Source: Euprymna scolopes
Taxonomy: Eukaryota
NCBI GenBank assembly: GCA_053919585.1
Contig: CM132785.1
DNA: 64,000 bases
Reading direction: 5' to 3' (one strand)
The notes under the pieces are model-generated. The model ran no database searches and had not been told where the DNA came from. It was given only the letters and a program-made list of their open reading frames with translations. This document shows positions 42,640-56,844 of this stretch, in pieces (positions within the stretch are counted from its first letter, which is position 1; each line of letters opens with the position of its first letter). The translations under genes and the position numbers were made by a program.

Positions 42640-43090
42640 ATCAAGGTTGAATTCCGTGACAGGAGCGTTGATTGAATTTTAAAATAAAATATTATTGGAT
42701 ACGTTAGAAAGTTTGTTTAAAATTAATATTTCCGAGTTATACTACTTCCTTGGAATTTTATACATTTTTCCTTTTTTTTTCTTTCTTGCCATGATGTTAA
42801 CAAAAATCCAGTTAGTAAAATATCCGCGTGTTATCTGTCTGCGGTGTTATTTCAAAATGCCGGAAGAATGCGTTAGCTAATGCGATATTAAAGTCAGGGT
42901 TGTGAATTCCGTGATAGAAGTGTTGATTTAACTTTTTAAAAATACGTATGAGATGCGTTTAAAAGTCAAATTACAACGCAATATTATGAAAAAATTAATA
43001 TTTCAGAATTATACTCCTTCCTCAGAATTTTATACAATTTTTCTTTCTTGCCATGATGTAAAGATGCGGAAAAAATCAGTTAGCAAAAAG
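42640..43090. repeat. Diverged ~250-bp tandem duplication
   Basis: gaattccgtga...aaaattaatattt...gaattttataca...ctttcttgccatgatgt occurs at ~42650-42800 and ~42904-43060. Confidence 0.8.
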
Positions 43091-43599
43091 TAAATATCAA
43101 AATGTTTTGACTCGAATACATAGTAAAAACAAAATAACTTGTTTGACTATTAAAAAAAAGAAAACTATTTATAATATTTGTTATCAGTTGATGTTTTTAT
43201 TATCGCTTAAGTTTGAATTTATACGTGAAAAAACACATGATTTAATAAATCTATGATCATATTGTATTTTATAATCATTTTGTATTAGTAATGTTTTGAG
43301 CTCTATATATAACAAAGTCCAAATTTACTTTATTTATAACAACGTCTAAATAGACGGTTCGTAGACCTGCAAAATGAAGATCGAAAAGTTTCGATTTTTA
43401 TTTCCGGTCATAACATCCGCTATTAATCCAATATTTTCCATTTCTAAAAGTTAAGATTTTGATGCTTTCAGATGAGGAAAATTCCAAAATGTATTTATTA
43501 AGTTTAAATACATTGTGACTGTTGGAATAATTGTGTCCGAGAGTCCGACAAAATCTCTATTTTTAAAGTCTTAATGGCATAGGTATGTGCAGTGAAATA

Positions 43600-43990
43600 T
43601 AGTAAGAAAACGCTATTAGTAGTGATGTAATCTATAGCATTCCCTGGCCTTTGCCGGTCAGATTCATATGGCATTACTATTTAGTATTATTAATAACAAG
43701 CCGACTACTTGATGAATATTTTAGCGTCGTTCGCTCTTCACAGTCGGCAAATCGAATGGCAACACCAGATGACGGCGTCACTTTCACGCTGAATCGCATC
43801 GATCCTGGATCAGAGGGTAATTGGTTTCAGCTTAAAATGGAGGAGACCCTGAGGGCTTTTGTATATTCACAATGCTTGCCCATCCTAACGGTGCATTCCG
43901 ATCAATTTATCTGGAAAGCACCATCCAGGGGAGCGTCCCTATCTTCACAGCGATATTGTTCGTGTTCTGTGTTACGGCGGTCTTTATAAT
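43600..43990 (-). mobile_element. Possible pogo/Tigger DDE transposase fragment
   Basis: GC-richer island. Minus frames KALRV-PP...LPSDPG...RRHLVL resemble KAIxLxFLPPNTTSxLQPxDQG...YRRxL. Ambiguous. Confidence 0.3.
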
Positions 43991-46723
43991 ATTACAATTT
44001 CATATAACATTCTTTTATGGCGAAACAATCCTTATGCCTGATAGGAATATTATCATTTTTTTTTTGTATCATTTCGATTATTTGAAATATTATTTTCATT
44101 TTAGTGGTTAATTTCATAACGACTTAGTCGATATAACCACCGTTTATTTTCAGGTGTATCTTTTCGAACTCGAGGATCTTTATGTCAAACTCGAATTTAT
44201 GCGTATTCCGACCTGAATCCTTTATTTATTCTACGGAAATAGATTATTCTTTGTTTCATCAGATATTACCGGCAAGATGTGTTGAATAATGTTAATTTAA
44301 ATTTCATTCTTAGTTATTATCGCCTACAACCTCACAAAACTGACAATTAAAACTGAATATTGCTCAAAGTGTTGCTATACGAGTCCATTAACGCGTTCAC
44401 TAACATTAAGTTCCAAGTAACTGTCTTCTGAAATTAGCATGTTCACAGGTGAGAAAGAATTATGAATAGAATTTAATTTAAACATAATTAATATGTAATG
44501 GTTAAGGTAATGAAAACTAGGATTAAAAAAAAAATCAGGTTCGATATAACTAGTTCAAAGTGAGATTAGAAGGTTCTTAATTTAACCCCCATAAAGAAGG
44601 TCAGTAGTTATACCAACCAAAGTGAGAATAGTAGACTGAATAATCCAATACTTATGCAAATTATAAATCTTTATCTAAAACTTTCGAAACTTTTTCATTT
44701 TATTCTATATATTATTCGCATATGAGTAAACTATTTTTTATATATTTTATCACTTAATAAAATACATGAATCGGAATAATAGCAATCGTCAAGTTGCCTA
44801 CTAATTACGTTAGTGTTGATTTTCTTATAAACGAAGATTGTTATCTGAAGATTTTACTTTTTTATAAATTGCAACAGAGAATGGCTTTATCTTTATCCGA
44901 AAAGAATTTCAATTTATATTTTATTGGGCACCGAGTAAATCTACCACTGTTCTACTTCTTCATGAAAATAAATAGATTTACGTCTTGCATTAAAAAAAAA
45001 AAAACATTAATTGAAATTCAACAGAAATTATCGCAACCAGAATTTATATCGGACAGATAATTTTCATTTTATTTGACATGTCCTTATGATCGTAAGGCTA
45101 CTCATACTTCCATAAGAATAATCTATAACAAATCTTTTTTTATTGTAATTCTAAAGATCATTTAAATGAAGAGTAAAATTATTTCTATATATTGCTGTAG
45201 CCCATGGATTGTGACGCAACGTATAAAAGCTTTGAGTAACAATCGGTTCTTAGTGATAGTCTTCTGGGGGTTGCAGCTTCAATCCTAACTGCAGATTATA
45301 TACGCTAAGAATTAAATGAAACTTAATATTAATTAAGCCTGAGGGGATGATAACAATATGTCTCGTAGATTAAATAAACGGCTTAAAATTTTGAATAATG
45401 TTTCGAATTCGACATAAAAATTCGCGATCTGTGAAAAAAGCGACACGATGACTAAAACTGCACAATCTTGTTTTTAACTCTTCAAAAAACATTCCTTTCA
45501 AACTCAGCCATTTTGAAACAAGACGCAATGGAATCCATAATAGTATATTAGCTATAACGAGATACCTAATATGTTTTTGATTCTTGTGAACTAATCTAAA
45601 ATCGGATTTATTCCCTTGATAAAACATCTTACTCGGCAGTCGTAAGAGATAACAAAATCTCATTTTCTACATCGGAAGCAATCCTTCATCGCAACTTAGT
45701 GACACCGGAAGCTATATTTTTTAAATAATGGTGACAAGCAATAATAAACTACGTTTTCGTGGTCGAATTCTTGTAAAGTATTTCATCGCAGCCATAGCAT
45801 AAAAAAATTGACAGAGCTTCTGGCACTGTCGATTCTTTCTTTTGCTTTTAGATGGGTTGCGTCCTAATCCTATTGCGGAATAATCTCAAGCCCCCTTTCA
45901 CTGGAAATGCCAAAATAAAATAAGACACATAAGAAATAACAAACAAACGAATCTCTGCAAAAGAACAATTACCATGACGAAGAAATATTAAGAGTGAAAT
46001 AAAATACTATTCCGACCTTTATTAGAAGAAATGAAGTGGTGGTAATAGGCGAGAAAAAACAAAGAGACAAAGTATTGAATAGACGAGGAATGGACAACAA
46101 ATAGAAAAGAAATAAAAAAGATAAAGAAATAGTGAGAGATTGGAAAGATAGTGATAGATAGTAAAAGATAGACACATAGAAGACACAACACATTATCGCG
46201 ATGAAGTGATTTTAATCCTATGCTTTGTTTAATTTTTATAAAGAAAGATTTTTTTATTGCAATCTACATACACGTTTGGCTTATTTAATCTATCAGCCTT
46301 CAGNNNNNNNNNNNNNNNNNNNNNNNNNNNNNNNNNNNNNNNNNNNNNNNNNNNNNNNNNNNNNNNNNNNNNNNNNNNNNNNNNNNNNNNNNNNNNNNNN
46401 NNNNNNNNNNNNNNNNNNNNNNNNNNNNNNNNNNNNNNNNNNNNNNNNNNNNNNNNNNNNNNNNNNNNNNNNNNNNNNNNNNNNTAATTCAAAGTTTAAA
46501 GTTAATGAAATCATCATCAAATAAAACGCGGGGGGGGGAGGATTTAATAAAACGAGATTTAAACGTGAACTCGCGAGGTATATATATATATTTCACACTT
46601 CCGGTTATAAAATAGACGAATATTGGATGAAGAGAGCTTGATAAGGATACCTTAAACGGTCCTTATTATCGGGCTTGAAACCGACGGTACCAATGATTTG
46701 TCTCATCTAACAACTTTCTGTAC

Positions 46724-46778
<55 letters not shown>

Positions 46779-47754
46779 TAGCATATAAAATCATCCCTCA
46801 AAGATAACTTCCATAAAAAAGTAAAAAGACAATGTCTTAAAATGAAATGTAAACTTAAAATAAAACTTAGTTAAGTTCAAGTAGAATTAAGATAAAAGAA
46901 AACCGCCTTTCGTTTGGTGAAGTTCATTATTATCACTTGTGGGTTTCTAAATAATAATTAAATTCTTAAGATACTGAATTAAAAATTAATTTAGTTAATA
47001 TTTAATAATAATTAGATTAATTATACCCAAAAAATGTGACATAGGGATGTGAATAACTGCAATAATATTTTCATTTTATTATTTATATATTAATATAAAA
47101 GAATGGTAGTTTAATAGTTTATGAAAATCTCAAGAATTATTATAAGTACTGGGAATTAGTACATGTTTAATTATATATGACCTTAAAATATCATCACATA
47201 GTATCTGACTATATTATAGTCTTATGACTATACTATTTATTCAAAGCTTTTTTCAGTACATATTACGTACACATTTTTCAGTACATATTACGCTTTCTTC
47301 AGTACATATTACGTACACATTTTTAGAGCAGAATCCGCAGCAGAGGCCCACAGTATGTAAATATACAACATATAACTAAAACATAAATATGCAACATATA
47401 ACTAAACAAAAAGCAAGAATAAATTGCATTTCTAGTATGATTGATGGGTTTTTGTTTTAACTGATTTTAATCTGTTTACTTAAAAGAAATGTAATTTACC
47501 CCGTAAAGTTAAAAGACTAATCTTAACAATAATATGCCACACGTAACTATGCCTAAAAGCAATAATGAATTACTTTTTTATTTTTCTATTATTTTCGAAC
47601 AATTGTGTTTTAATGTATTCTAAAAATTAAATAAACTTTCATGCATTTTGAATATGTTTAAGCTATTGAAATTAATATCTAATTTTTTTTCTTTATTATT
47701 TAATATTAATGATTTGGGTTGTAACGAATATGTATAGAAAAATTAATAATTTAT

Positions 47755-48990
47755 TTAGGTGGACATGACAGTTTTTGCGTAATCGTTCATTTTGAGTGAA
47801 AACGATGTATTTTCAAGAACGTTTTCGTTATAATACCTTTACTATATATATAATTTGAAAGAGCGTTTTTCGCTAAATTACAATCGTTTAAAAAATATTT
47901 TTTCCTTTTAGAACATTGAATACAAGACAGAAAAAAGCAAATTCTCATAATTTTCTTATTTCAATTTGAGCTAAGTCAAAATGCTGCTGAAACAGCTCGC
48001 GATATCAACGAAGCTTTTGGCTCAAGACTCACTACAGGACGCGCAGTAAGATGGTGGTTTAAGAAACTTCGTGGCGGCGACGAGAGTCTTGAAGGTAATG
48101 AGAGTAGGAGTCGACCATCGGATGACAACGATCAATTAAGTGTTTTCGTCGAAGCCAATCCACGAGAAATTGTTCGAGAATTGTTTATGAATTCGACGTA
48201 AAGTATACTACTCGAAAGAGATTGAAAAGACGAAAAAAATCTTGATAAATGGCTTCCTCACGAAATGAACGAAAATTAAAAGAAACCCGTTACCCAGTGT
48301 CATCTTCACTTCTTTTACGCAACAAGAACGACCCGTTCCTCGACCGGGATATGACCTGCGGTGAAAAGTTCGTCCTTCACAACAATGGCGACGTTCAGCT
48401 CAGTGGTTGGACGCCGATAAAGCTTCACAACACTTTTCGAAGCTAAAGTAACACTAAAAGGAAGTCATGCTGACTGTTTGGTGGTCTGCGACCGGTCTCA
48501 CCCATTACAGATTTTTGAATGCAGATGAAACCATTACAGCAGAGAACTGTTGCCAATAAATCGATAATATACATCAGAAACTTCGACAGCAGCACCCTGC
48601 ATTAGTTAACAGAAAGGCCAATTTTCCCTCGTCGACAATACCTGACCGCAAGTTGCTAAACCGGCCCTGCAGAAGTTCAATGAATTGGACTGCGAAACTT
48701 TGCTTATCGGCTATGCCATACTCTCATGACTTCTCACCTACCGACTACCACGTTTTTAAGCATCTCGACAACTTGCGGAAGCAACGCTTCAAAGACACAA
48801 GCGATATCAAAAACGCCTTCAGCGACTTCATCGCCACCAGAACGCAATATTTTAAAATTCCTGACATAAATACATTTGTTTTGCCTTGGTTATGATGGTA
48901 CTTATCTCAATCAATACATTTGTGTTTGAGCTGAGGTATGTTCATTTGAATTTAAAGGTAAAAAACGCAATAACTTTCTTGTTAAGCTGA
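47755..48990 (+). mobile_element. Mariner (Mos1/Hsmar1-like DD34D) transposon, full length, inactive
   Basis: Degenerate TIRs ttaggtggacatgacagtttttgcg / cgcaataactttcttgttaagctga. Motifs AAETARDINEAFG, VRWWFKKLRGGDESLE, FLDRDMTCGEK and PYSHDFSPTDYHVFKHLDN. Confidence 0.9.
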
Positions 48991-49307
48991 TAAATATTTA
49001 TAAATATTCAGGGATTCGATTTTAAATATTACCTTACTTATATTTTTGATCATATCTCTTTGAACATCTGATCAATTACTTTGACTTTAGAAATTCAAAC
49101 GTACCTTAATGCTTTCGCTGTTCATAACCGACAAAACATTACATTTCATAGTCTAACTAATTCTAATTTCAAACATCGATATTTATTTTTTCACATTTTT
49201 TCTCTTGCACTTCAGTATCGAAAGCGCCGGCTATGTTGATTTTAGTTTAGAAAAATAATGTCAGGTTTGAAGTGTTCAAGGATCTTTTCAGTTTGTAAAT
49301 GAATGTC

Positions 49308-51530
49308 TTTTTTTTTTACAAGGTGGTCATCACTTATCAAGGCCCGGAAGCCACTCAGGGATAAGGGTTATTGCATGTACAGTACATTAGTGCGGACATT
49401 TAAAAAGTGTCTACTTAAGGGGGCGGTTCATCAGGAATTTGTTTACGTTGGACTTGAAAACATCGAGGTTGTAAGGCGGGAAGCAGGCAGACGGAACAGA
49501 GTTCCACAGGCGTGCAGTTCTAAGAAAGAAGCTTTGTTCATGGAATCTATGTTTAGGTTTAGGCACAGATAAAGAGTGGGGAACATTTTTGACAGTGGTT
49601 TCAGCTAGACGGGTGTTTTTCGTAAAAGATTGGCGAGGGGGGCCAGAGATTGGAGCTCAGACGAACACCTGGCATGGAAATAACAATAAAACAAAGATAG
49701 GCTCGCAACGTCTCTTCTGTAGGAGAGAGGTTGCACGGAAGAGAAAAGGGCATCCTCATTAAACCACGAAGTCTATTTTGTACTCTATCAAGGCAGGATA
49801 GGCTGTTTTTAGCAGCTCCTGCCCAGATATGGCAGCAGTATTCCATCACTGGACTTACTTGGCTTTTATATAGATAGAGAATTGCATCAGTAGTGAGATA
49901 TCTTCTGGAGCGGTAGAAGGATCCTACCATCTTTCCAGCAAGCTTGGCAACAGACTTGATGTACGTGTTCCATTTCAGGTCAGGAGTAAAGGTCAAACCC
50001 AGAAGCTTGTCAAAACATGGGGCTTCTCCTAGACGAGAGCCATCCATTTCAATTGATGCCAGATGGGGATCATAGCGTTGATGATGTAAAGATAGGAGTT
50101 TGGTTTTAGATGCATTAAAGGTAACCAGCCACGTCTTCCCCCACTGAACCACGCGCTCGAGATCAGAGAAGAGAGAATCAGAGTGAACTTTGTCATTTGA
50201 TGTGTTGCCATAGATAGTCGTGTCATCAGCATAGATGTCAACGAATGATGTAAGGATGTGTTTAGGGAGGTCATTGATGTAGATCAGGAAGAGAGTTGGG
50301 CCCAGGATGGACCCCTGAGGGACTCAAGCATTAATACTGCAGGCCTCTAACTTTTGTCCATCGACCACTACTCTTATGAGCCTATCAGAGAGAAATGATT
50401 TAATGATTGAGAAAACATTTCCAGTAATACCGTAGCTGGAAATCTTGTGAAGTAGGCTCTTCTGCCATACCTTGTCGAAGGCCTTTGATATGTCAAGAGC
50501 AATTGCCCTAGAAAGGAAGCCTTTGTCAAGAGATTCGCTAATACTATGAGATATAACCGTTAGCACATATGCGGTAGATCTTGCAGAACTGAAACCATAT
50601 TGTGTGTCACTAAGAGGTTATTTCTGCTGAGGTGGTTGACTATTTTTCTATTTAATATGAATTTCAGCAACTTACTCGTGACACACAGGAGACTCATTGG
50701 TCTGTACTGAGAGAGAGATGACTTATCACCTGAATTCTTAAATACAGGGCATACTGATGAGGTTTTCCAGGGTGTTGGAAAACACTTCTCCTTAAGGCAG
50801 CGCTTAAACAATTTCGTAAGTATGGGAGCAAGTTCTGGTTGAAGCTTTTTTAACACTATAATTGGGATGCACGCAGGGCCAGTTGCTTTACTGGCATCAA
50901 CGTTCTTGATTAGCTTGACGACCTCACACACAGATATTTGTATGTTACCTAGCGTGCTCTGTGTTATAGGAGGAAATATGGGGAGTTGATGGCCTTCGTC
51001 GCATAGGGTAGAATTAGCTACAAAGTTCTTGGCAAACAGTTTGGTCTTGTCTGATGCTGACGAGATGACCTCTGGTTCATTGATAATAGTTGAGATAGAA
51101 CGCACACTTCTGTTCAGGATCCTATTTGTTATTTGCCAAAACTGGTGGGAACAATGCCGCTGATCAGCTACTTTGGATTTAATAGACTGAGCATATAGCT
51201 CTCTTGCATTTTTTATTACTCTTTTACAGTGGTTGCTGGCGTTCCTGAAAGCAGCTTTAGTCTCAGTGCATCTACTACGTTGGTAGCTGTGGAAAAAGTG
51301 ATTTCTGTGCGCACATTCTGGGGAGAACCATGACTGGCTGTTAGGTTTTTGTTGGGATTTTTTTAGATGGTATGAATCAGTCTATGCCTATAATTTACCA
51401 TTCAGTCAGGTCTGATACTATAGAGGACACATCCTTTTTAAACATGGAGTGCAGAGGTAGATTAGATATGAATGTATGGAAGCTATCCCAGTCAGCCATG
51501 GAGTATCGGTATACAGTACGGTGGGTACTT
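49308..51530 (-). mobile_element. CR1/Jockey-group LINE, 5'-truncated ORF2 (RT) with A tail
   Basis: ORFs 50560..51105, 50324..50566 (ALDISKAFDKVW) and 49601..50152 (QWGKTWLVTFNASKTK). YADD at ~50220-50235; poly-T on + at 49308. Confidence 0.93.
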
Positions 51531-52344
51531 ATTACATTTCATTTTTATTTTTTAAGAAGGTTGACATTGTTGTTTTTTTGTGGTCTAATTCACAGAGTTT
51601 TCATATATTCCAGTGGATGACCCGAGCGACTTTTTCGTGTTTCCATTTTTTTTTATTGAGTTGAGGTAGTATAGACATTTTGATATGCGCTAATCTTTCT
51701 TCCCTTTTTACTACACAATCTTTTTACTACACAATCTTTTTACTACACAATCTGTACAGCGATTATTCTACAGTTTTGCCGATGTAGTTTGATGGAGCCA
51801 GTACAAGTGGCTTACTCCTGGACTGTCATGAAAATGTTCTCAGTAAATCTTTTAAGATCAATTCCGATCAACCATTTGCAGGATTCATTACTTCTCATTC
51901 ACTTCACAGATTTTCAGCAATTTCTACTTTTGATAAAAATCCAATAATAATTAGATAATCACATTTGCATTTATTTGTTTGCATTTATCAGATGAGAAAT
52001 TTCACTTTTTTGTGTATAATGTTCAAAATATTTCATCGATGGTTCAAGGTCTCTGAAGAAGTTCCATGCGTAAGACGATCGAGATGCTGTCATAAGAACA
52101 ACTAAGATAAGGGGAATAGGTCGAAAAGTTCAACTCTATGTTTATTTTTGCATTGTTTAAAACTATGCATCATACAACTATTAATATGCAAGAATTTTGA
52201 ATTGAACATTTATTTGGTAAAGAAGACGAGATTAGACCAACCAAAATATAATCTTATTTAACAAAACAAATTTTAAAAACCGTTTTAGGGTTATTGAGTA
52301 ACAAACGCAATCGGAAATATTAAAGCGCAAACGATATATTATTG

Positions 52345-53190
52345 GGTTGCCCGGTCGTATAATTAAAATTCCTGCTACTTTCGTATTTATTAGAGCCATC
52401 TTTCTATCGATTATTATATTGCATAATGATACAATATAATAGAGAGTAATGATTTCAAAAGCAGAAAAATATATTTGTATGACTCGGCTATCGTCAGCTA
52501 GAATCGAAACCAAAACATACAGCTTACCAGCCTTGTCCTTTAGCGTATGATTCAAACACATAAGTATAAAAGTCTGCGACAAAACGTTGTTTAACATACA
52601 GCTGTTAATTAGCGTATGAAGATAGTCAACTTACGCCAGGACAGGGTCAATGTTTGTGTTAATGCTGATCCATCACCAACTATTTTGCCGGCCAAAAACC
52701 AAATCAAAAGTGTTCCCTAAATATAAGTACCTTATATATCATGTTTCAAGTCTGAATACCAAAAATTCAGAGAGAAGTTTGGTAGAGAATTTCCACATAC
52801 ACAGAGGCAAGGTTCACCCAATATATAGTGATGATTTCAAGTTAAAAAATGATTCGTGCGCCACTACTGAGAATCGAAACCGAAACGTTTAGCTTACATT
52901 TTTCTTTGACGTTAATGCCTGAGCTATAAATACATGTTTGTTGCATTAAAACATGAACAAATAGCTATAACACATATTCGTAATGCCATCGTTCACCTTC
53001 ACCTGGCAAATTTCATTTTTTCACACTTTTGCATCGATTTTCTCCAGCTAAAACCCAAATATAAACTTTCGCATGGGTTGGAATACCCTATATATTAAGT
53101 TTAATGTATGTAGACCAAAAACTGAGAGAGAAGTTTGGTAGGCAAAATTTTTTAAACAAACACGTATACGCACGTATAAATAAATATAGG
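52345..53190 (-). mobile_element. Non-autonomous Helitron-family remnant related to the 56.8-58.2 kb pair
   Basis: Shares ccggtcgta, tttctatcgatt and aatcgaaacc blocks with the pair; contains an internal diverged repeat agagaagtttggtag. Confidence 0.5.
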
Positions 53191-53209
53191 AAGAGCTTTG
53201 TGTTTACTA

Positions 53210-53420
53210 CAGGGTGACGCAAGAAAAAACGGGCCCAACTCTAATTAGGCACCGTTTCTTAGTGTTTTGTCCGAATGAAATGAAACTTTGGTCATAACTA
53301 GTTTATTATATTCAAAACATCACATCAAAACTTTAGGGTCTTTGGCCTTTTTTCTCCGTTCTACAGCATATGTTCTAGATGACCTCCATTTAGCTTTTGT
53401 TTGTTTTTGGGATCACCCTG
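53210..53420. mobile_element. Tc1/mariner-type MITE
   Basis: TA|CAGGGTGACGCAAGAAAA ... TTTTTGGGATCACCCTG|TA termini; no coding capacity. Confidence 0.75.
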
Positions 53421-53636
53421 TATAACCTTTTTACGCAAATATTATGAAAGTAACCGAAAAACCTAATAGAAAATTAGTTGAAATGAATGTTTTAAGGAAT
53501 ATGCAAATTAGCCAGATTTTTTGCAGATGAATGCAATTCCACGACCCATATATAAAAAAGTTGTGCTTTCTTTTTAAATGAATAGGAAAAAGGGTTTTAA
53601 ATATGAATTTTAATACAAAAAAACATATATATAGGA

Positions 53637-53686
<50 letters not shown>

Positions 53687-54155
53687 GAGTTTGCTAAAAT
53701 TGTTTTGCACAATGATGCTCGGTGTAGAAAATATCCGTAAATAGAACTGGGCGTAATGGTAAAATGAAAGCAATCATCTTATAAGAAACCATAAAACATG
53801 AATAATTCATTAATTAAAGTGTGTATGCAAATTAGTTAGCATTTATGTTGTCTCTCGCATATCAATTACTGAGTATATTAAGAAGTTCGTTTTCATAATT
53901 TTTAAACCGAAAATGTAGACTATTAATATCAATATCATAGCAAGAAAAAACACAACTTCATAGGTATGTGGAGGAGTTGTAATTTTACCCTTAGCTAGGG
54001 TAGACGTTCATACCATTCTCAATAAGATAACTGGACGCAATATATGCTGCTGGATTTGGATTCTGCCATGTTGCTTATATAATCCGTACCGGTATAATAG
54101 GCACACATTTTTACCTCCCTCCCTTGCCAGCTGGTTTTCCCTTCTGAACATATAG

Positions 54156-54438
54156 TATATTATCAACAACAAACATTTCATAAATCAAATAACAGAGGTG
54201 CGAATGCAATTATACAAGTTAGAAAATACTTGGTTATTACTTTAAAGTGCGATACGGTAGTGAGATCCCAATTTGGGAGATTTGAAATGGTGTGAAATTA
54301 TTTTTGAGTTACAAATACCTGTATGTATACTTAACTGTCTCTGGCATTATTGGACAAGATACTTGAGACTACTCCACCCAGTGGCATGGAATTATCGGTG
54401 GAGTGACATGGTAGTTCCCACGGAAATCCAAATTAGGG
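54156..54438 (+). pseudogene. Best-preserved Ig-domain pseudo-exon (one domain per exon, phase 1)
   Basis: Reads IIQVRKYLVITLKCDTV / DPNLGDLKW / YLTVSGIIGQDT*DYS / VAWNYRWSDMVVPTEIQIR, i.e. strands A' B C E F G in order. Three frameshifts; the putative donor is GC. Confidence 0.7.
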
Positions 54439-55428
54439 GCGAGACACTGAATGATATTCAAACTATCTCATTTTTCTCCTAATATTTCTCAGTACTAAGA
54501 TTATACTTAGTTTTTGGGCATACAGTGAAGAAATTGGACTAGTAAATTGGACTAGTAAATTGGACCAGGTATTTTTACTTAATTGACCTAATAATCTACC
54601 TTTCTGGACTCTTCTCCATCATTTCTAACCTTATCTACTTTTCAAGTCCTTCCTCCAGGTGGCTTTGTATGAAGCAAACTTTATAAAACCACATTTATAA
54701 GACCACCTTGTAAGAATTTTCACGACTGTGTTGGGACCTCTTATTAATATTACCAGGTTGAATCTGACTACAGGAACTATATGGCTTTCAAAACAAATTA
54801 TTCTAAAAACCAATCGCTTCGGCATAAAATGACACATAGCGGTTGACACTCCGTAAGATCAGAGCCAAGAAACGATTTAATTTAAATATGATGGTTATGA
54901 TTTTGACTTCTAAGCAATTCTAATGTAACACTAATATTGTTTCCATTTGCATTCGAAACAATTGACGATCTATATGGAAGGAAGTGTTGACGAAACACCG
55001 GGTGTAAGATGCAGTCACCTTTAGCTTGAAGTTGTATAATTTTGATGATATATAAGTAGTGTTGACAGTCATTAAACAAAACTGGAGCTTGCAAGGTGGC
55101 CCATATCGAAATGGAAATAAAAATGTGGTTTATTGTTATCAACAAAAAATCAACCTTATTGATTTCCAGGGGGCGAAAATAAACATTCAAGTATTAACAC
55201 AATCAAACGCATCAATTCCATGCGACCAGCAAGTTTAGATAATACAGATTAAATGCTATAGAGAAGAAATCCACCAAGATAAATGAAGGGTCACTAGTCT
55301 TTTTCTTTAAGTCATCCGAAATGAATTTATATATGAAAAGTTTATTACTTATGATTTATGAGAATATTAGTGCGACCACTGGCAAATCATATTTTCCGTC
55401 TTTTTTAGTGCGAGTGTACACTAGTATA

Positions 55429-56790
55429 CTTTTTTTTACATAGGCATCACCATTTATCAAGGCCAAGAGGTCACTCGAGGATAAGGGTTAAAGAGTGTAC
55501 AGTAGAAATTGGACAATATAGTAACCGTTAGAAATGGAGATTCGGTAAATTTGTTAACTTATATGGAACGGCTCATCAAAAACTTGTTTACGTTAGACTT
55601 GAAGACAACCATATTGTAGTCAGCTGGAAAGTAGAAAAACGGAAGGCAATTCCATAGGGGCGCAGTTATAAGAAATAAGCTTTGCTCATGGAATCTATGG
55701 TTAGTTCTGGTTTAGGCACAGATAAAGAGTGGGGGAAACTAGTGATAGTGGTTTCTGCTAGACGAGTGTTTCTTGTGAAAGTTTGGCGAGGGGAGGGGGG
55801 ACCATAGACTGAAGCTCAGTCGAGCAACTGCCATGAAAATAACGATAAAGCAGAGACAAACTCGCAACATCTCTTCTGTGAGATAGAGGTTGCAGGGAAG
55901 AGAAAAGGACATCCCCTACAAGGCTACGAAGTCTATTTTGAACTATATCAAGGCAGGATAAGTCCTTTCTAGCAGCTCCTGCCCAGATGTGGCAACAGCA
56001 CTCCATCATTGGACGTACCTGGCTCTTATATAGATAGAGAATTGCATCAGCAGTGAGATATCTACCGGATCGATAGAAGGATCCCACAATTTTTCCAGCA
56101 GACTTAGAGACGGATTTAATGTATGTGTTCCATTTCAGATCAGGAGTAAAGGCCAAGCCCAGAAGCTTGTCAAAACATGAAGCCTTCCTAAGACGAGATC
56201 CATCCATTTCAATTGATGCCAGATGGGGATCAGAGCGTTGATGATCTAAAGATAAAAGCTTGGTTTTAGATGCATTAAAAGTAACAAACCACCTCTTTCC
56301 CCATTGTATCATCTGCTCACGATCAGAGGAGAGAGAATCAGAGAGAACTTTGTCGTTTATTGTCTTAGATGTGCTACCATAGATAGTAGTGTCATCAGCA
56401 TAGATTTCTATGAATGATGTAAGGATGTGATTTTGACGATCATTAATATAGATCAGGAAGAGAGTTCGACCCAGGATGGACCTCTGATGGATTCTAGCAT
56501 TAATACTAAAAGCTTCTTATTTCTGCCCATCAACCACTACTCTTATGAACCTATCAGAGAGAAATGAGTTAATAATTGAGAAGACATTTCCAGCTATACC
56601 GTAGCTGGAGATCTTGTGAAGTAAACCTTTATGCCATACTCTATCAAAGGCCTTAGATATGTCAAGAGCAATTGCCCTAGAAAGGTAGCCTCCGTCGAGG
56701 GATTCTCTAATCCTATGAAATATAACTGTAAGCAAATCTGCTGTAGATCTAGTAGACCGGAAATCATATTGCGTGTCACTAAGAAGGTTA
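55429..56790 (-). mobile_element. CR1/Jockey-group LINE, second 5'-truncated copy of the 49.3-51.5 kb family
   Basis: ORFs 56517..56735 and 55758..56312 closely match 50324..50566 and 49601..50152; A tail at ~55430. Confidence 0.93.
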
Positions 56791-56844
56791 GTTTTTAATA
56801 TACAAATGTTTCCTTATATTTCATTGTTTACACATATATGTTAT

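Noticed and set aside
45150-45850. pogo-like transposase remnant (NRIYSLDKTS)
   Set aside because: Weak match. SDTGSY and HNSILAI fit the surrounding Ig pattern better, though the call remains uncertain.
10258-55361. TGA appears several times where Ig motifs expect Gly (SNA*W, SAS*N, QDT*DY, DL*EY), suggesting UGA recoding
   Set aside because: The same segments also carry TAA/TAG stops and frameshifts. GGA>TGA decay in an AT-biased genome plus my own ascertainment bias explains the pattern.
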